DNA of 64,000 nt from an uncultured delta proteobacterium (GCA_963841435.1 CAWJCS010000005.1:1024001-1088000), one strand, 5' to 3'; positions 28,540 to 39,615 are shown, numbered from the stretch's first letter. The notes: a model not told the origin generated them from the letters alone. Numbers and translations: made by a program.

Positions 28540-29997
28540 ATGAGCGCGGAAGGGACCGTGTTCGGCGGCAAGTACCGCCTCGAACGTAAGCTCGGCCAGG
28601 GCGGCATGGGCTCGGTGTGGCGGGCCGAGCACGTTCAGCTGAAGTCCCCCGTCGCGATCAAGCTCATCGAGGAGACCATCGCGACGAACCCCGAGGCCCT
28701 CGCGCGCTTCATGCGTGAAGCGCAAGCGGCTGCCTCGCTGCGCAGCCCGCACGTCGTTCAGATCCTCGATCACGGCGCCGACAACGGCGTGCCCTACATT
28801 GCGATGGAGCTGCTCGAGGGGGAGAGCCTCGCCCAGCGCCTCGACCGACTGAAGCGCCTCGAGCCGCGGGAGGCTGCGCTCGTCATCACCCACATTGCCC
28901 GTGCCGTGTCGCGAGCGCACGAGGCCGGCATCGTGCATCGCGACCTCAAGCCCGACAACGTCTTCATCGTCAAGAACGACGACGAAGAGGTCGCCAAGGT
29001 GCTCGACTTCGGCATCGCGAAGGCCGCGGGAGTCTCCGTCGGGCCGAGCTCGAGCACGCGCACGGGTGCCGTGCTCGGCACGCCGTACTACATGAGCCCC
29101 GAGCAAGCCGAAGGGAACCGCTCGGTCGACTTTCGGAGCGACATCTGGGCCATCGGTGTCATCGGCTACGAGTGCATCGTCGGGCAGCGACCCTTCGAAA
29201 GCGAGGCGTTCGGTAGCCTGCTGCTTGCCATCTGCACGCGGCCGCTGCCAATCCCCTCGGCGGCCGCGCCCGTCCCGGCGGGCTTCGACGCCTGGTTCGC
29301 CAGGTGCTGCGCGCGGGAGCCCGACCAGCGTTTCCAGTCGGTGCGCGAAGCCGCCGTCGAGCTGAAGCGTCTCTGCGGTGACCCAACGGCGAGCCTGGGC
29401 TCGATCGACGCCGGACTCCAGCCGCACTCGGACGGGCGCGTTTCCCTGCGCACTCCCCTCCGGCCGCCGACCCAAACGCCCGGCCCGACACCCGGCCCCA
29501 CCGCGAGCCCGTACACGGCAAGCGTCGGCGCGCTCACCACGCCGCGGCGCAACGCCCCCGTCGTGATCGGCGTCACGATCTTCGCTGCGGCGGCCATCAT
29601 TGGCGTGGTGCTCGTCACGCGCTTCATGGGCGCGAGCGACGCCACGAGCGACTCCGCAACGCCGCCGGCCGTCGCAGCACCGCCGCCCGAGGCCACCCCG
29701 GCGGTCGCTCCCGTGCCCATCCCCTCACCCGCTGCCACGACGCCGCCCGTCAGCGTGCTCCCAGTGGACGACGCCACCACGGCGAGCCCGTCGGCCTCCG
29801 CGAGCGCCGCGGCTGCCCCCAGAGCTCGGCCCGCGCCGGCACGCCCGCGCGCCGTGACGCCCAGTCGTCCGGCGCCACCCGTCGCGGCGGCACCGGCACC
29901 GGCTCCCGCTCCCGCGCCACCACCGGCACCCGCGCCAGAGCCCGCCTCACCGAAGCCCACGGCGCCATCGAGGCAGAAGGTCGACCTCGGTATCTGA
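28540..29997 (+). CDS. Hanks-type Ser/Thr protein kinase, transmembrane, Pro-rich C-terminus
   Basis: LGQGGMGSV, VAIK, HRDLKPDN, DFG, GTPYYMSPEQ, SDIWAIG; TM segment VIGVTIFAAAAIIGVVLV. Confidence 0.97.
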   Translation: MSAEGTVFGGKYRLERKLGQGGMGSVWRAEHVQLKSPVAIKLIEETIATNPEALARFMREAQAAASLRSPHVVQILDHGADNGVPYIAMELLEGESLAQRLDRLKRLEPREAALVITHIARAVSRAHEAGIVHRDLKPDNVFIVKNDDEEVAKVLDFGIAKAAGVSVGPSSSTRTGAVLGTPYYMSPEQAEGNRSVDFRSDIWAIGVIGYECIVGQRPFESEAFGSLLLAICTRPLPIPSAAAPVPAGFDAWFARCCAREPDQRFQSVREAAVELKRLCGDPTASLGSIDAGLQPHSDGRVSLRTPLRPPTQTPGPTPGPTASPYTASVGALTTPRRNAPVVIGVTIFAAAAIIGVVLVTRFMGASDATSDSATPPAVAAPPPEATPAVAPVPIPSPAATTPPVSVLPVDDATTASPSASASAAAAPRARPAPARPRAVTPSRPAPPVAAAPAPAPAPAPPPAPAPEPASPKPTAPSRQKVDLGI

Positions 29998-30030
29998 GGG
30001 CCCGGGCGCCGCGGCGAGGTGTCGCCGACT

Positions 30031-31362
30031 TCAGCCCTGCATGCACATGCCCATGACGCACGTGCCGGTGCAGCCGTCACCGACGCCGTTCGTCATGCAG
30101 CACGGCTGACCCGGCATGCCGCAGGCCTGGCAGGTGTTCTGGATGCACTCCATGCCCTGGGCGCCGCAGCCGCTGCCGCCTCCAGGACAGCACGCCTGCC
30201 CCTGCTGCCCGCACAACGTGCACTCGCTGTTGATGCACGCGACGCCGTTCCCGGCGCACTGCCCAGCGCCACCACCGCCGCCGCCTGGGCAGCAAGCCTC
30301 GCCGACGTCGCCGCACTGCACGCACTTGTCGTTGAGGCAGCCGTAGCCCGTGCCCGCGCAATCGGGCACGCCCTGGATGTTGCAGCACGTCTGACCCGCA
30401 CCACCGCAATCGGGGGCCTGGCAGGTGTCGTCGATGCAGAAGAGTCCCGCGCCGGTGCAATCGGTGGCGCCGCCGCAGCACGGCTCGTCGGTGCCGCCGC
30501 ACGCCTGGCAGTTGTCGCCGTCGCAGACGGTGCCCTGCTTGCAAAGGTTGTTCTGGCCGCAGCACGTCTGGTCGGTGTCGCCGCACATATCGCGGCAAGT
30601 CGCCGTGCCGCCGGCGCCGCCACCGGCGCCACCGACGCACACACCTTCGTCGCAACTGCGTCCGGGGCAGCACGGTTCGTCAGCTCCACCGCAAGCGTTG
30701 CAAGTGCCGTTGTTGCCGCCCTGGCACACGTTGCCCGACTGGCAATTTCCCGCACAGCAATCCTGACCGTCGGCGCCGCAGTTCTCGCAGGCGCCCGTCG
30801 AGCAGTCACCGCGCATCATGCCGCAGCTCATCCCGTCGGCGACGCAGGTGTCGTTCACACAGCAGCCACCGGCGTCACAGCTGTCGCCGGCACAGCACGC
30901 CTCGCCGTCGCCGCCGCACGACTCGCAGGTTCCCATGACGCAGATCGCGTCCCGGTCGCAGCTCGCGCCCGTGCAGCAGTCCTGGCCGACCGCGCCGCAA
31001 TCCGTCGGTCCCTCTCCGCCCGCGCCGCCTTCCGGCGAGCCCGCCATCCCGCCAGCGGCGTTGCCCGCCGAGCCCGACGAGCCGCCCGTGGAGGTGCCTG
31101 CGGTGCCACCGGTGGCACCGCCCGTGCCGCCCGTCGCGCTGCCGGAGCTGCCACCCGTCGAGGAGCCCGAGCTGCCCGCCGTCCCCGCGGAGCCACCCGA
31201 ACCGGTCGTGCCGGCTCCCCCACCCTTGCCTCCGCCCGGGATCACCTGCGCGTCGTCGTCGCCACCGCAACCGACGGCGGTGACGCCTCCGATCAGGGCC
31301 AAGGTGATGATGCCGAGTCGAATGGTCGAGAAAACGCGAGTAGGAACGGAGAAAAGGGTCAT
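30031..31362 (-). CDS. Gly-rich, Cys-repeat lipoprotein
   Basis: Lipobox VTAVGC; G/S/T/A linker; about 10 CGxxx(Q/E)xCC repeats. Confidence 0.8.
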   Translation of the reverse strand: MTLFSVPTRVFSTIRLGIITLALIGGVTAVGCGGDDDAQVIPGGGKGGGAGTTGSGGSAGTAGSSGSSTGGSSGSATGGTGGATGGTAGTSTGGSSGSAGNAAGGMAGSPEGGAGGEGPTDCGAVGQDCCTGASCDRDAICVMGTCESCGGDGEACCAGDSCDAGGCCVNDTCVADGMSCGMMRGDCSTGACENCGADGQDCCAGNCQSGNVCQGGNNGTCNACGGADEPCCPGRSCDEGVCVGGAGGGAGGTATCRDMCGDTDQTCCGQNNLCKQGTVCDGDNCQACGGTDEPCCGGATDCTGAGLFCIDDTCQAPDCGGAGQTCCNIQGVPDCAGTGYGCLNDKCVQCGDVGEACCPGGGGGGAGQCAGNGVACINSECTLCGQQGQACCPGGGSGCGAQGMECIQNTCQACGMPGQPCCMTNGVGDGCTGTCVMGMCMQG

Positions 31363-31661
31363 GAGCGCTTCCTTCTTGTCTTCCGCTGGGAGCGTAGACG
31401 GCCGAGCGCCGAACGCGCCCTCGGTAGTCTTTGTGGCCCGGTGACCAGGGTCCCAGGCAGCACCTACCAGGAAATCCACCTTCGCTACAACGCGGGACCG
31501 CCCCAGTGCGGGTAGACCGGCCCGCCGGCTCGTCACGGCGCGCCCCGGGGGCACTACCGTCGCGCGATAGACTCGAAGGGTCGGCGGCTGGTTGCTTCCG
31601 CCCCTCGTGGCCGCGTCGGCGGGTTGCTCGGCGGGTCCGCAGCAGTGCTACTCGGGCGCCC

Positions 31662-33005
31662 ATGAGCCGCATCTACAAGACCCTACCCCCCCCGGGCACC
31701 CGCCTCGGCATCGCCTTCTCGGGCGGGCTCGACACGCGCTGCGCCGTCGCCTGGCTCTCGCGCAAAGGCATCGAGGTTCATTCGTACACGGCGGACCTCG
31801 CTCAGCCGGACGAAAAAGACCCGGCAACGATTCCACCGATTGCGACCGAGCACGGCGCCGTGCAGGCACGCCTCATCGATTGCCGCGAGCCGCTCGCGCG
31901 CGAAGGCATCGTCGCGATCCAGTGCGGCGCGTTCCACCTTGCGACCGGTGGCAAGAAGTACTTCAACACCACGCCGCTCGGACGCGCCGTGACGGCCACC
32001 GCCATCATCCGCGCCATGCGCGAAGACGGCGTCAACGTGTTCGGCGACGGCAGCACGCACAAGGGCAACGACATCCAGCGCTTCTACCGCTACGGCATTC
32101 TCACGAACCCCGAGCTCAAGATCTACAAGCCGTGGCTCGACCAGCAGTTCGTCGACGCCTTCGGCGGGCGCAAGGAGATGAGCGAGTACCTCGCGTCGAT
32201 CGGCCTTGCGTACACGATGAGCGCCGAGAAGGCCTACAGCACGGACTCGAACGTGCTCGGCGCGACGCACGAAGCGAAGGACCTCGAACGGCTCGATCGT
32301 GGCATCGAGATCGTCGAGCCCATCATGGGTGTCGCGCACTATCGCGCTGAAACGCGGGTCGATCCCGAGCGCGTTACCGTGGTGTTCGAGCGCGGCCGTC
32401 CCGTGGCGCTCGGCGAGCGCCGCTTCGAGACCGCCATCGACCTCGTGCTCGAAGCAAACCGCATCGGCGGGCGACACGGCCTCGGCATGAGCGACCAGAT
32501 CGAGAATCGCGTCATCGAAGCCAAGAGCCGCGGCATCTACGAAGCTCCCGGCATGGCGCTGCTCCACGTCGCCTACGAGCGCCTGCTCTCCGCCATCCAC
32601 AACGAGAACACGCTCGACCTCTACTTCTCGCTGGGGCGCCGCCTCGGCCGCTTGCTCTACGAGGGCAAGTGGTTCGATCCCGAAGCAATGCTCCTCAAGG
32701 ATGCGCTGACGCGCTGGCTCGCGCCGACCGTCACTGGCAAGGTCACTCTCGATCTTCGCCGAGGCGACGACTACTCGATTGTCGACACGCAGGCGGACTT
32801 CATGCTTTACGCCCCCGACAAGCTCTCGATGGAGAAGGTCACTGACCCAGCGTTCGAGCCGATCGACCGCATCGGCGCACTCGAGATGCAGGCGCTACCC
32901 GTGACCGACGCGCGCGATTTCTTGGTGCATCATCTCGACGCCGTCGCGCGGCTCGGGTCGGGAGACAGCGTGCTCGGCGAGCTACTCGGGAAACCGGATG
33001 AGTAA
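31662..33005 (+). CDS. argG: Argininosuccinate synthase (long, E. coli-like type)
   Basis: [71 protein letters not shown]. Confidence 0.96.
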   Translation: MSRIYKTLPPPGTRLGIAFSGGLDTRCAVAWLSRKGIEVHSYTADLAQPDEKDPATIPPIATEHGAVQARLIDCREPLAREGIVAIQCGAFHLATGGKKYFNTTPLGRAVTATAIIRAMREDGVNVFGDGSTHKGNDIQRFYRYGILTNPELKIYKPWLDQQFVDAFGGRKEMSEYLASIGLAYTMSAEKAYSTDSNVLGATHEAKDLERLDRGIEIVEPIMGVAHYRAETRVDPERVTVVFERGRPVALGERRFETAIDLVLEANRIGGRHGLGMSDQIENRVIEAKSRGIYEAPGMALLHVAYERLLSAIHNENTLDLYFSLGRRLGRLLYEGKWFDPEAMLLKDALTRWLAPTVTGKVTLDLRRGDDYSIVDTQADFMLYAPDKLSMEKVTDPAFEPIDRIGALEMQALPVTDARDFLVHHLDAVARLGSGDSVLGELLGKPDE

Positions 33006-33029
33006 GCCTGTCGCGAAAGGAAACGCGCC

Positions 33030-34776
33030 GTGAACGTCGCGAGCCTACTCGCCGAGCGCGTGCGAAAGGCCATCGTCAACGCGTTCGGCCCGGAGCACGC
33101 GGGCGCCGAACCCGCCGTGCACCGCTCGAGCTTCGCGGATTTCCAGGCCGATGCTGCGCTACGCCTCGCCAAGCCGCTCAAGAAGCCTCCGCTCGAGATC
33201 GCCAAGGCCATCGCCGGCGCGCTCGACGTTTCCGACCTCGTCGCCGAGGGGGGCGTCACCGTCACGCCGCCCGGCTTCGTGAACTTCGTGCTCGGTCGCC
33301 CTTTCCTCGAGGGCTCGCTCGCGCACGTGGCCGCCGGCGAGCGCGCGGGCGTCGGGCGCCTCGAGCAGGGGGAGGTCGTCGTCATCGACTACTCGGGGCC
33401 GAACATGGCCAAGGAGATGCACGTCGGCCACATCCGGAGCACCATCATCGGCGACGCGCTCGCGCGCGTGCTCGACTTCCTCGGGCATCGCGTGATTCGC
33501 CAGAACCACGTGGGAGACTGGGGCACGCCGTTCGGGATGCTCATCGAGCACCTCACGGACGTGGGAGCCGACACCGCGGCGCGCGAGCTCGGCCTCGGCG
33601 CGCTCAACGATTTTTACCAGGCAGCGCGCAAGAAGTTCGACTCCGATCCGGCATTCGCCGATCGCGCGCGGCGGCGCGTGGTCCTCCTGCAGAGCGGCGA
33701 TGCGCCGACGCTCGAGCACTGGCGCGTTCTCGTCGACGCCTCGCGCCGCTACTTCGACGGCGTCTACCGACGGCTGGGCGTGCTGCTCGTCAACGCCGAC
33801 GTGCGGGGCGAGAGCTTCTACAATCCCATGCTGCCCGAGATCGCGCGCGATCTCACGGAGCGCGGCATCGCGCGGGTCGAACGACGGCGCGCTGTGCGTG
33901 TTCATGGAAGAATTTCGGGGGCGCGACGACACGCCGCTGCCGCTCATCGTGCAGAAGAAGGACGGCGGATTCGGCTACGCCGCGACCGATCTCGCCGGGC
34001 TGCGTTTTCGCACCAAAGACCTCGGCGCCACACGCTTGCTCTACGTGATCGGCTCCCCGCAGGAACAGCACCTTTCGATGTGCTTCGCCGCCGCGCGCCG
34101 CGCGGGCTACCTGCCGGAGAGCGCGCGCGCCGAGCACGTACGTTTTGGTTCGATTCTCGGCAGCGACAAGAAGATGTTCCGCACGCGCGAGGGCGAAACC
34201 GTGCGCCTCGCCGCGTTGCTCGACGAGGCCGTCGCACGCGCGACGAGCGCCATCGCCGCGAAGAATCCGGATTTGCCCGTCGATCAGGTGGCGTCCGTGG
34301 CGGCCATGGTCGGCATCGGTGCGCTCAAGTACGCCGACCTCTCGAGCGACCGCACCAAGGACTACGTGTTCGACTGGGATCGCATGCTGGCGTTCGAGGG
34401 CAACACGGGGCCGTACCTGCAGTACGCCCATGCGCGGATCTGCTCCATCGAGCGGCGCGCGGCCGACGCCGGTATCACGCTCGAAGCGTCGCAGCCGTTC
34501 TCGCTTGCCGCCGAGGCGGAGCAGAAGCTCGCCGTCGAGCTGTTGGAGCTCGAGCCCACGCTGCTTTCGGTCGCCGACACGCTGCACCCGCATCGCCTTG
34601 CCGGGTACCTCTTCTCGCTGGCGACGGCGTTCACGACGTTCTACGAAAACTGCCCCGTGCTCCGTGCCGAAAGGCCCGAAGAAAAGCGCTCGCGCCTCGC
34701 GCTCTGCCAGGCGTCGCGGCAAGTCCTCGGCCAGGGGCTGCACCTGCTCGGCATGGAAGCCCCCGAGCGCATGTGA
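33030..34776 (+). CDS. argS: Arginine--tRNA ligase, with a +1 frameshift near 33875
   Basis: DYSGPNMAKEMHVGHIRST, NHVGDWGT, GESFYN in frame 1; KKDGGFGYAATDLA, GALKYADLS, GNTGPYLQYAHARI, MEAPERM in frame 2. Confidence 0.93.
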
Positions 34777-34778
34777 CG

Positions 34779-35957
34779 ATGGAACCCGTGACGCTCGACG
34801 CGCTGTCGGCACGGGAGCACGAGCTTTCGGACGAAGAACGGCTGGTCCAAGGCAGCGTGCGGCGCTTCGTGCGCGAGCGCTACCTGCCGCGTGCAGCCGA
34901 GCTCTTCGAGCACGAAACGTTTCCGCGCGACCTCGTGCCGGAGCTCGCCGAGCTCGGCCTGCTCGGGGCGAGCATCAGCGGGTACGGCTGCGCCGGCATG
35001 GGGCCCGTGGCGTACGGCCTCGTGCTCGAGGAGCTCGAATACGGCGACAGCGCGCTCCGGAGCTTCGTGAGCGTGCAGGGCTCGCTCGCGATGAACGCCA
35101 TCGCGTTCTTCGGCACCCCCGACCAGAAAAAGCGCTACCTCCCCGCGATGGCGAGCGGCACGCTCGTCGGCTGCTTCGGCCTCACGGAGCCCGACAGCGG
35201 CTCCGACCCGGCGTCGATGCAGACGCGCGCGCGGCGCGACGGCGCGGGCTGGGTGCTCGACGGCACGAAGATGTGGATCACCAACGCGCCCATTGCCGAC
35301 CTTGCCGTGGTCTGGGCGAAGGTCGACGGCGGCGAGAGCGAGAGCGTGCGCGGTTTTTTGGTGGAGCGCGGCGATCCGGGCTTCGAGACGCCGCGCATCG
35401 CCGGCAAGCTGAGCCTTCGTGCCAGCGAAACCGGCGAAATCGTGCTCTCCGACTGTCGGTTGCCAGGCGAGCGCGCCCTCGAGCACAAGCCGGGCCTGGG
35501 CGCGGCGCTTCGCTGCCTCAACGAGGCCCGCTACGGCATCGCGTGGGGCGCGGTCGGCGCGGCCAAAGCCTGCTTCGAATGCGCCCGCGACTACGCGCGC
35601 GAGCGCCGGCAGTTCGACGGCCCCATCGCGAAAAAACAGCTCGTGCAAAAGGAGCTGGCCGACATGGCGACCGAGATCGTGAAGGCCGAGCTTCTCGCCC
35701 ACGCGTACGGCAGGCAAAAGCAAGCGACGGGTCACCTGTCACCCGAGCAAGTCTCGCTCGCCAAGCGCAACAACGTGGCCATGGCTCTCGACGTAGCGCG
35801 TAAGGCGCGCGCCCTGCTCGGCGCGAACGGGATCCTCCTCGACTACCCCGTCATGCGGCACCTCTTGAACCTCGAAAGCGTCTTCACCTACGAGGGCACG
35901 CACGAGATCCACACCCTCGTGCTCGGCAAGGCCCTCACCGGCGAGAGCGCGTTCTGA
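34779..35957 (+). CDS. Acyl-CoA dehydrogenase, glutaryl-CoA dehydrogenase-like
   Basis: RSFVSVQGSL, GCFGLTEPDSGSDP, KMWITNAP, KLSLRASETG, NLESVFTYEGTHEIH. Confidence 0.88.
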   Translation: MEPVTLDALSAREHELSDEERLVQGSVRRFVRERYLPRAAELFEHETFPRDLVPELAELGLLGASISGYGCAGMGPVAYGLVLEELEYGDSALRSFVSVQGSLAMNAIAFFGTPDQKKRYLPAMASGTLVGCFGLTEPDSGSDPASMQTRARRDGAGWVLDGTKMWITNAPIADLAVVWAKVDGGESESVRGFLVERGDPGFETPRIAGKLSLRASETGEIVLSDCRLPGERALEHKPGLGAALRCLNEARYGIAWGAVGAAKACFECARDYARERRQFDGPIAKKQLVQKELADMATEIVKAELLAHAYGRQKQATGHLSPEQVSLAKRNNVAMALDVARKARALLGANGILLDYPVMRHLLNLESVFTYEGTHEIHTLVLGKALTGESAF

Positions 35958-36028
35958 GCGGTCCGCAGGGTGGTGTGCAAGCGGGGACGGCGCGTGGTAC
36001 GTTCGAACCCTTGGTGGTGGAGGGAACG

Positions 36029-37141
36029 ATGCTCGTCAGGCAAATCGGTTCGCTTTCGGTGGTGGTGGCAGCGCTCGGCTTTGCTGCGTGCGGGGGTGAT
36101 TCGCACGCTCCAGCTTCGGTGGGCAGCGGCGGCGCCGGGCAGGCGTCGGGCGGAACGGCCGGCAGCTCGGCGGGCCAGGGCGGCAGCGCCGGCAGCGCGG
36201 GCGGCGGTCGCGGAGGGTCCGACGCGGGCACCGGCGGCACGAACGCCGGGCGCGGCGGCTCGGATGCGGGAACCGGCGGCGCGAATTCGGGCAGCGGCGG
36301 CGGCTCGGGCGAAGCCGGCGCGGCGGCGGGCGACGGCGGGAGCGCCGGGCTCGGCGGCGGCGCGGGGACGTCGGGAGCCGGTGCGGGAGGCAGCGCCACG
36401 CTCGCGGACCTGGAAGACACGGTGTCCGCGTTTTGCGCGGCAGCGGCGACCTGCTGCTCGGAGCGCGGCGTCGCAACGGACCTCGTCGATTGTGAATCGA
36501 TGTACACGATGTATCAGACGGCCCTGCCGTCGCTGTCGACCGGCGCCATCACGCTCGACGCGGCGGCGCTCGCGCGCTGTCGCGCCGCGTACGCGAACGG
36601 CCCGGACCAGTGCAACCTCAACAAGGTCGTCGCCGCCTGCGAGGGTGTCTTCATCGGTCACCAGGGCGTCGACGAGCCGTGCATCGGCGGCTACGACTGC
36701 GACCGCTCCGAGGCCGCGATGACGTGCCTGATCACCGACACGACGGGCGACATGCCCACGGGCGTGTGCCGCACGGTGCCGCACGCGGGGCTCGACGAGC
36801 CGTGCAACTTTTCCTGCCGCTCGGGCGACAACTGCTCGAGCACGACGTTCGGCGGCGCCGACGCGAGCCCGCTCTGCTTCGAGGACGACGGGCTGTTCTG
36901 CGCATACGTCGGCCCGGACTCCGCGTGCCTTGCCATCGTGCCCCTGGGCGACCCGTGCGATAGGTTCAACGTCTGCGGCTCCGACGCTTACTGTGACACC
37001 ACCTGCAAGCCGCTGAGCGACCTCGGCGAGCCCTGCAGCAACGGTTGCCGCCACCAGTACCAGTGCGGCGACGGCGGCAACTGCGTGGATCCGAACTGGG
37101 CCACGGAGTCGGCGTGCATGGGCTACGCGCCCGGGCCGTGA
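36029..37141 (+). CDS. Gly-rich, Cys-rich lipoprotein
   Basis: Lipobox GFAAC; long Gly/Ser/Ala linker; multiple Cys-rich (D/G)EPC-type repeats. Confidence 0.75.
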   Translation: MLVRQIGSLSVVVAALGFAACGGDSHAPASVGSGGAGQASGGTAGSSAGQGGSAGSAGGGRGGSDAGTGGTNAGRGGSDAGTGGANSGSGGGSGEAGAAAGDGGSAGLGGGAGTSGAGAGGSATLADLEDTVSAFCAAAATCCSERGVATDLVDCESMYTMYQTALPSLSTGAITLDAAALARCRAAYANGPDQCNLNKVVAACEGVFIGHQGVDEPCIGGYDCDRSEAAMTCLITDTTGDMPTGVCRTVPHAGLDEPCNFSCRSGDNCSSTTFGGADASPLCFEDDGLFCAYVGPDSACLAIVPLGDPCDRFNVCGSDAYCDTTCKPLSDLGEPCSNGCRHQYQCGDGGNCVDPNWATESACMGYAPGP

Positions 37142-37171
37142 GCGCGCGGACGAGCGCGCCGCGGAGGAGAC

Positions 37172-38149
37172 TTACGGCGCCGTGACGCCGATCGTGATGA
37201 TGACGTCCGTCGGAGCGAGCAGAGGGTCGTTCGCGCCCTCCCGGCGCACCTTGCCCGTGCCCTGATCGGTGACCTCGACGACGACCTCGAGCGCGATCTT
37301 CGGGGCGGCCGGCGTGTCGGGAGCAAGACCGGGCCCCTCGCCGCGGTCGCTCGTGCGGATGCCGATGTCGACACCGGTGAGGGCCGCCACCGTGCTCGGC
37401 ACCCAGCGGTGAACGAGCGGGTCGTTTTCCGAGCGATTCTCGAAATGGAAGGCGTGGTTCACGTAGCTCGGTAGCGGATTGTCGCCGGGCTCGAGCGCCT
37501 GACCGTTGAGGCCCGTCGTCGGCGGGAACTTGATGAGGTTCATCACCGTCGCGAAATCGCGCGCGACCTCGTCCATATCGTCGTAGGTGAGCGTCCCATG
37601 GCGGCGCGAGGCCTCACCCGCGCTCGCCGGCTCGAGCGAGTAGTAGTATTCGTAGCCCGAGCGGTTCGGCAGGTACTCGCCGTTCTCGGCGTCCACGAGC
37701 GTGAGCCCGGGCCAGTAGCGTCCGAACTCCGTCCACGGATCGACGAGCAGCCACACGTTGTGGCGCTCGTTCTCGAGGTTGCTGAGCGTCCAGGTGAGCT
37801 GCACGCGGACGTCCGAGAGCGTGACCCACGGCATGCGGCCGTACGGCTCGACGACGCCGTCCTGCGGCGCGGGGACCGCGGAATCGGGCGCGAGGATCGG
37901 AAACGGGATGCCCTTTTTCACCTCGAACAGCGTGGTCTCGTCATCGCTGAAGATGGCGGGCGCCGTCGCGTCCATCGCCACCTGCTCGGGCGGCAAGATG
38001 CGCGTCTCCTCGGCGCCGCCGCACGCCACGCTCGTGAACGCGACGAGCGCCACCGACGCGGCGAGGGTTCTGGACCCCACCCAAGACCCCCGTGCGGGGC
38101 CGCGCCACCCCGGGCCGGAGAGGCCGTTCACAAGGATTTTTCGCATCAT
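37172..38149 (-). CDS. Hypothetical lipoprotein
   Basis: Lipobox TSVAC; clean GC3-rich frame. Confidence 0.7.
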   Translation of the reverse strand: MMRKILVNGLSGPGWRGPARGSWVGSRTLAASVALVAFTSVACGGAEETRILPPEQVAMDATAPAIFSDDETTLFEVKKGIPFPILAPDSAVPAPQDGVVEPYGRMPWVTLSDVRVQLTWTLSNLENERHNVWLLVDPWTEFGRYWPGLTLVDAENGEYLPNRSGYEYYYSLEPASAGEASRRHGTLTYDDMDEVARDFATVMNLIKFPPTTGLNGQALEPGDNPLPSYVNHAFHFENRSENDPLVHRWVPSTVAALTGVDIGIRTSDRGEGPGLAPDTPAAPKIALEVVVEVTDQGTGKVRREGANDPLLAPTDVIITIGVTAP

Positions 38150-38229
38150 CGCCGTCTTTCGCGAGATCCTAACCGGGATCCCCAGTCTGTCGCTTCAGTT
38201 TCCATGCCAGGGGTGTCACACCCGGCACC

Positions 38230-39615
38230 TCAGCGCTTGCCCTTGAACACGAAGGGGAACGACGCGTTCGTCGGCTTGTCCGCCGTCGGGAACTTCAGGC
38301 GATTGAAGGTGCGCAGCATGCAACCCTCGACGCGCGGATTCCCGAGCGAGCTGTGCGACACGCTCGCAGACGCAACGCTGCCGCCGGGCGTCACGCCGAA
38401 CGATACGGTCACGCCACCCTTCGCGCCCGGGTCCTTGCCGAGCGCGATCTCGTAGCAAGCCTGGAAGGCGCCCATGCGCGACATCACGACGCGCCGGATC
38501 TGCTCCGGCGTGAGGCCCGAGCCGGGCTTGCCGGAGTTCGCGCCGGCCACCTTGCGCTCGCCGCCGCCCTCGCCCGTGCCTTCGCCGCCGCCGGGGCCGC
38601 CGCGACCGGGGCCGCCCAGGCCACGGCCGCCGGGACCGCCGGAGCCGCTGCCGAAACCAGCGCCGCGACCGGGGCCCCAGCCCGTGTCGAGCGTGCCTGA
38701 CCCGAACGGCACGCCACCTTCCTCGGTGCCGCCGCCGGCGGGTCCACCGCCGCGAAGTCCCGTGCCCGAGCCTTGCCCGAGCACGATCGAATCGGAGCGG
38801 AGGCCGCCGAGCGCGTCAGCCACCGAGCTGATCGTGCCGAGCGTCTTTCTCACTTCCTCACCGACGTCGGAATTGAGCGCCTCGGCCATGCCGCCGAGGC
38901 CCGCCGCGGGGTCACCGGTCTGCTTGGTCTCCTTCTCCGGCCCCTGCTTGCCGAGCTTGCCTTCGGCACCCTTCACCTTCTTGCCGCCACCCTGCGGCTT
39001 CTTGTCTTTGGCACCGGGGTCCGGCACGCCGCTGCCCTTTTCCTTCTCGGCGGCCTGGGGCGGCTCCGGAATGTCCTCGGGCTTGAGGTTCAGCTGCGCG
39101 AGCAGGTCGGCCTGCGTCGTGAGCTCGAGCGGCTTCGGGATGCCGCGCGGCGTCGTGATGGCCCACATGAGCGCGAGCCCGCCGCCCACGGCGATCATCG
39201 CGAACACGAATGACAGGAAGAATCCCCAGTCGAAGCGGCGTCGGCGCCGCATCGCGGGCACGGCCTCGGTAAACTGGAAAAAGACGCTGAAGTTGCCGTA
39301 CTGGATGAGGCCGTAGTCGCCGGCAACGATCGGAATGGGGGCGCCGGTCGCTGCGAGCGCGGCGGGGTTCTCGCGCCGCCCACGCAAGACGACCTCGCCG
39401 CTCGTGGCTCCACGCGCGTCGAGCTCCCAGCCCTGGGCGACCGCGCGGATCGGAAGATCGGCCATCATCGAGCCCTCGGGCTTGGCGACGACCGAATCGA
39501 GCGACTCGCCGAGCCTGAAGCTCTGACCACTCGCGAGCGCGCGAACCGTGAGCACCGTGGTGCCCCACACGGCGGCAGCGCGCAAAAGGACGGGTTGCGG
39601 CGCCGGTGCGCTCAT
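38230..39615 (-). CDS. AgmX/PglI (GltG-like) TonB-C-type C-terminal domain protein
   Basis: Cytoplasmic N-domain, single TM, Gly-rich spacer, C-terminal LTPEQIRRVV..FQACYE..GGVTVSFGVTPGGSV..VEGCMLRTFNRLKFP..SFPFVF. Confidence 0.8.
   Translation of the reverse strand: MSAPAPQPVLLRAAAVWGTTVLTVRALASGQSFRLGESLDSVVAKPEGSMMADLPIRAVAQGWELDARGATSGEVVLRGRRENPAALAATGAPIPIVAGDYGLIQYGNFSVFFQFTEAVPAMRRRRRFDWGFFLSFVFAMIAVGGGLALMWAITTPRGIPKPLELTTQADLLAQLNLKPEDIPEPPQAAEKEKGSGVPDPGAKDKKPQGGGKKVKGAEGKLGKQGPEKETKQTGDPAAGLGGMAEALNSDVGEEVRKTLGTISSVADALGGLRSDSIVLGQGSGTGLRGGGPAGGGTEEGGVPFGSGTLDTGWGPGRGAGFGSGSGGPGGRGLGGPGRGGPGGGEGTGEGGGERKVAGANSGKPGSGLTPEQIRRVVMSRMGAFQACYEIALGKDPGAKGGVTVSFGVTPGGSVASASVSHSSLGNPRVEGCMLRTFNRLKFPTADKPTNASFPFVFKGKR

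Noticed and set aside
30031-31260. Repetitive DNA resembling an array (also 36120-36400)
   Set aside because: Explained by Gly- and Cys-rich protein repeats; no constant repeat-spacer structure, so not CRISPR
33030-35957. 975-aa ORF appearing to fuse ArgS to an acyl-CoA dehydrogenase
   Set aside because: The middle part is off-frame; the true ArgS C-terminus is in the +1 frame and the dehydrogenase has its own ATG at 34779
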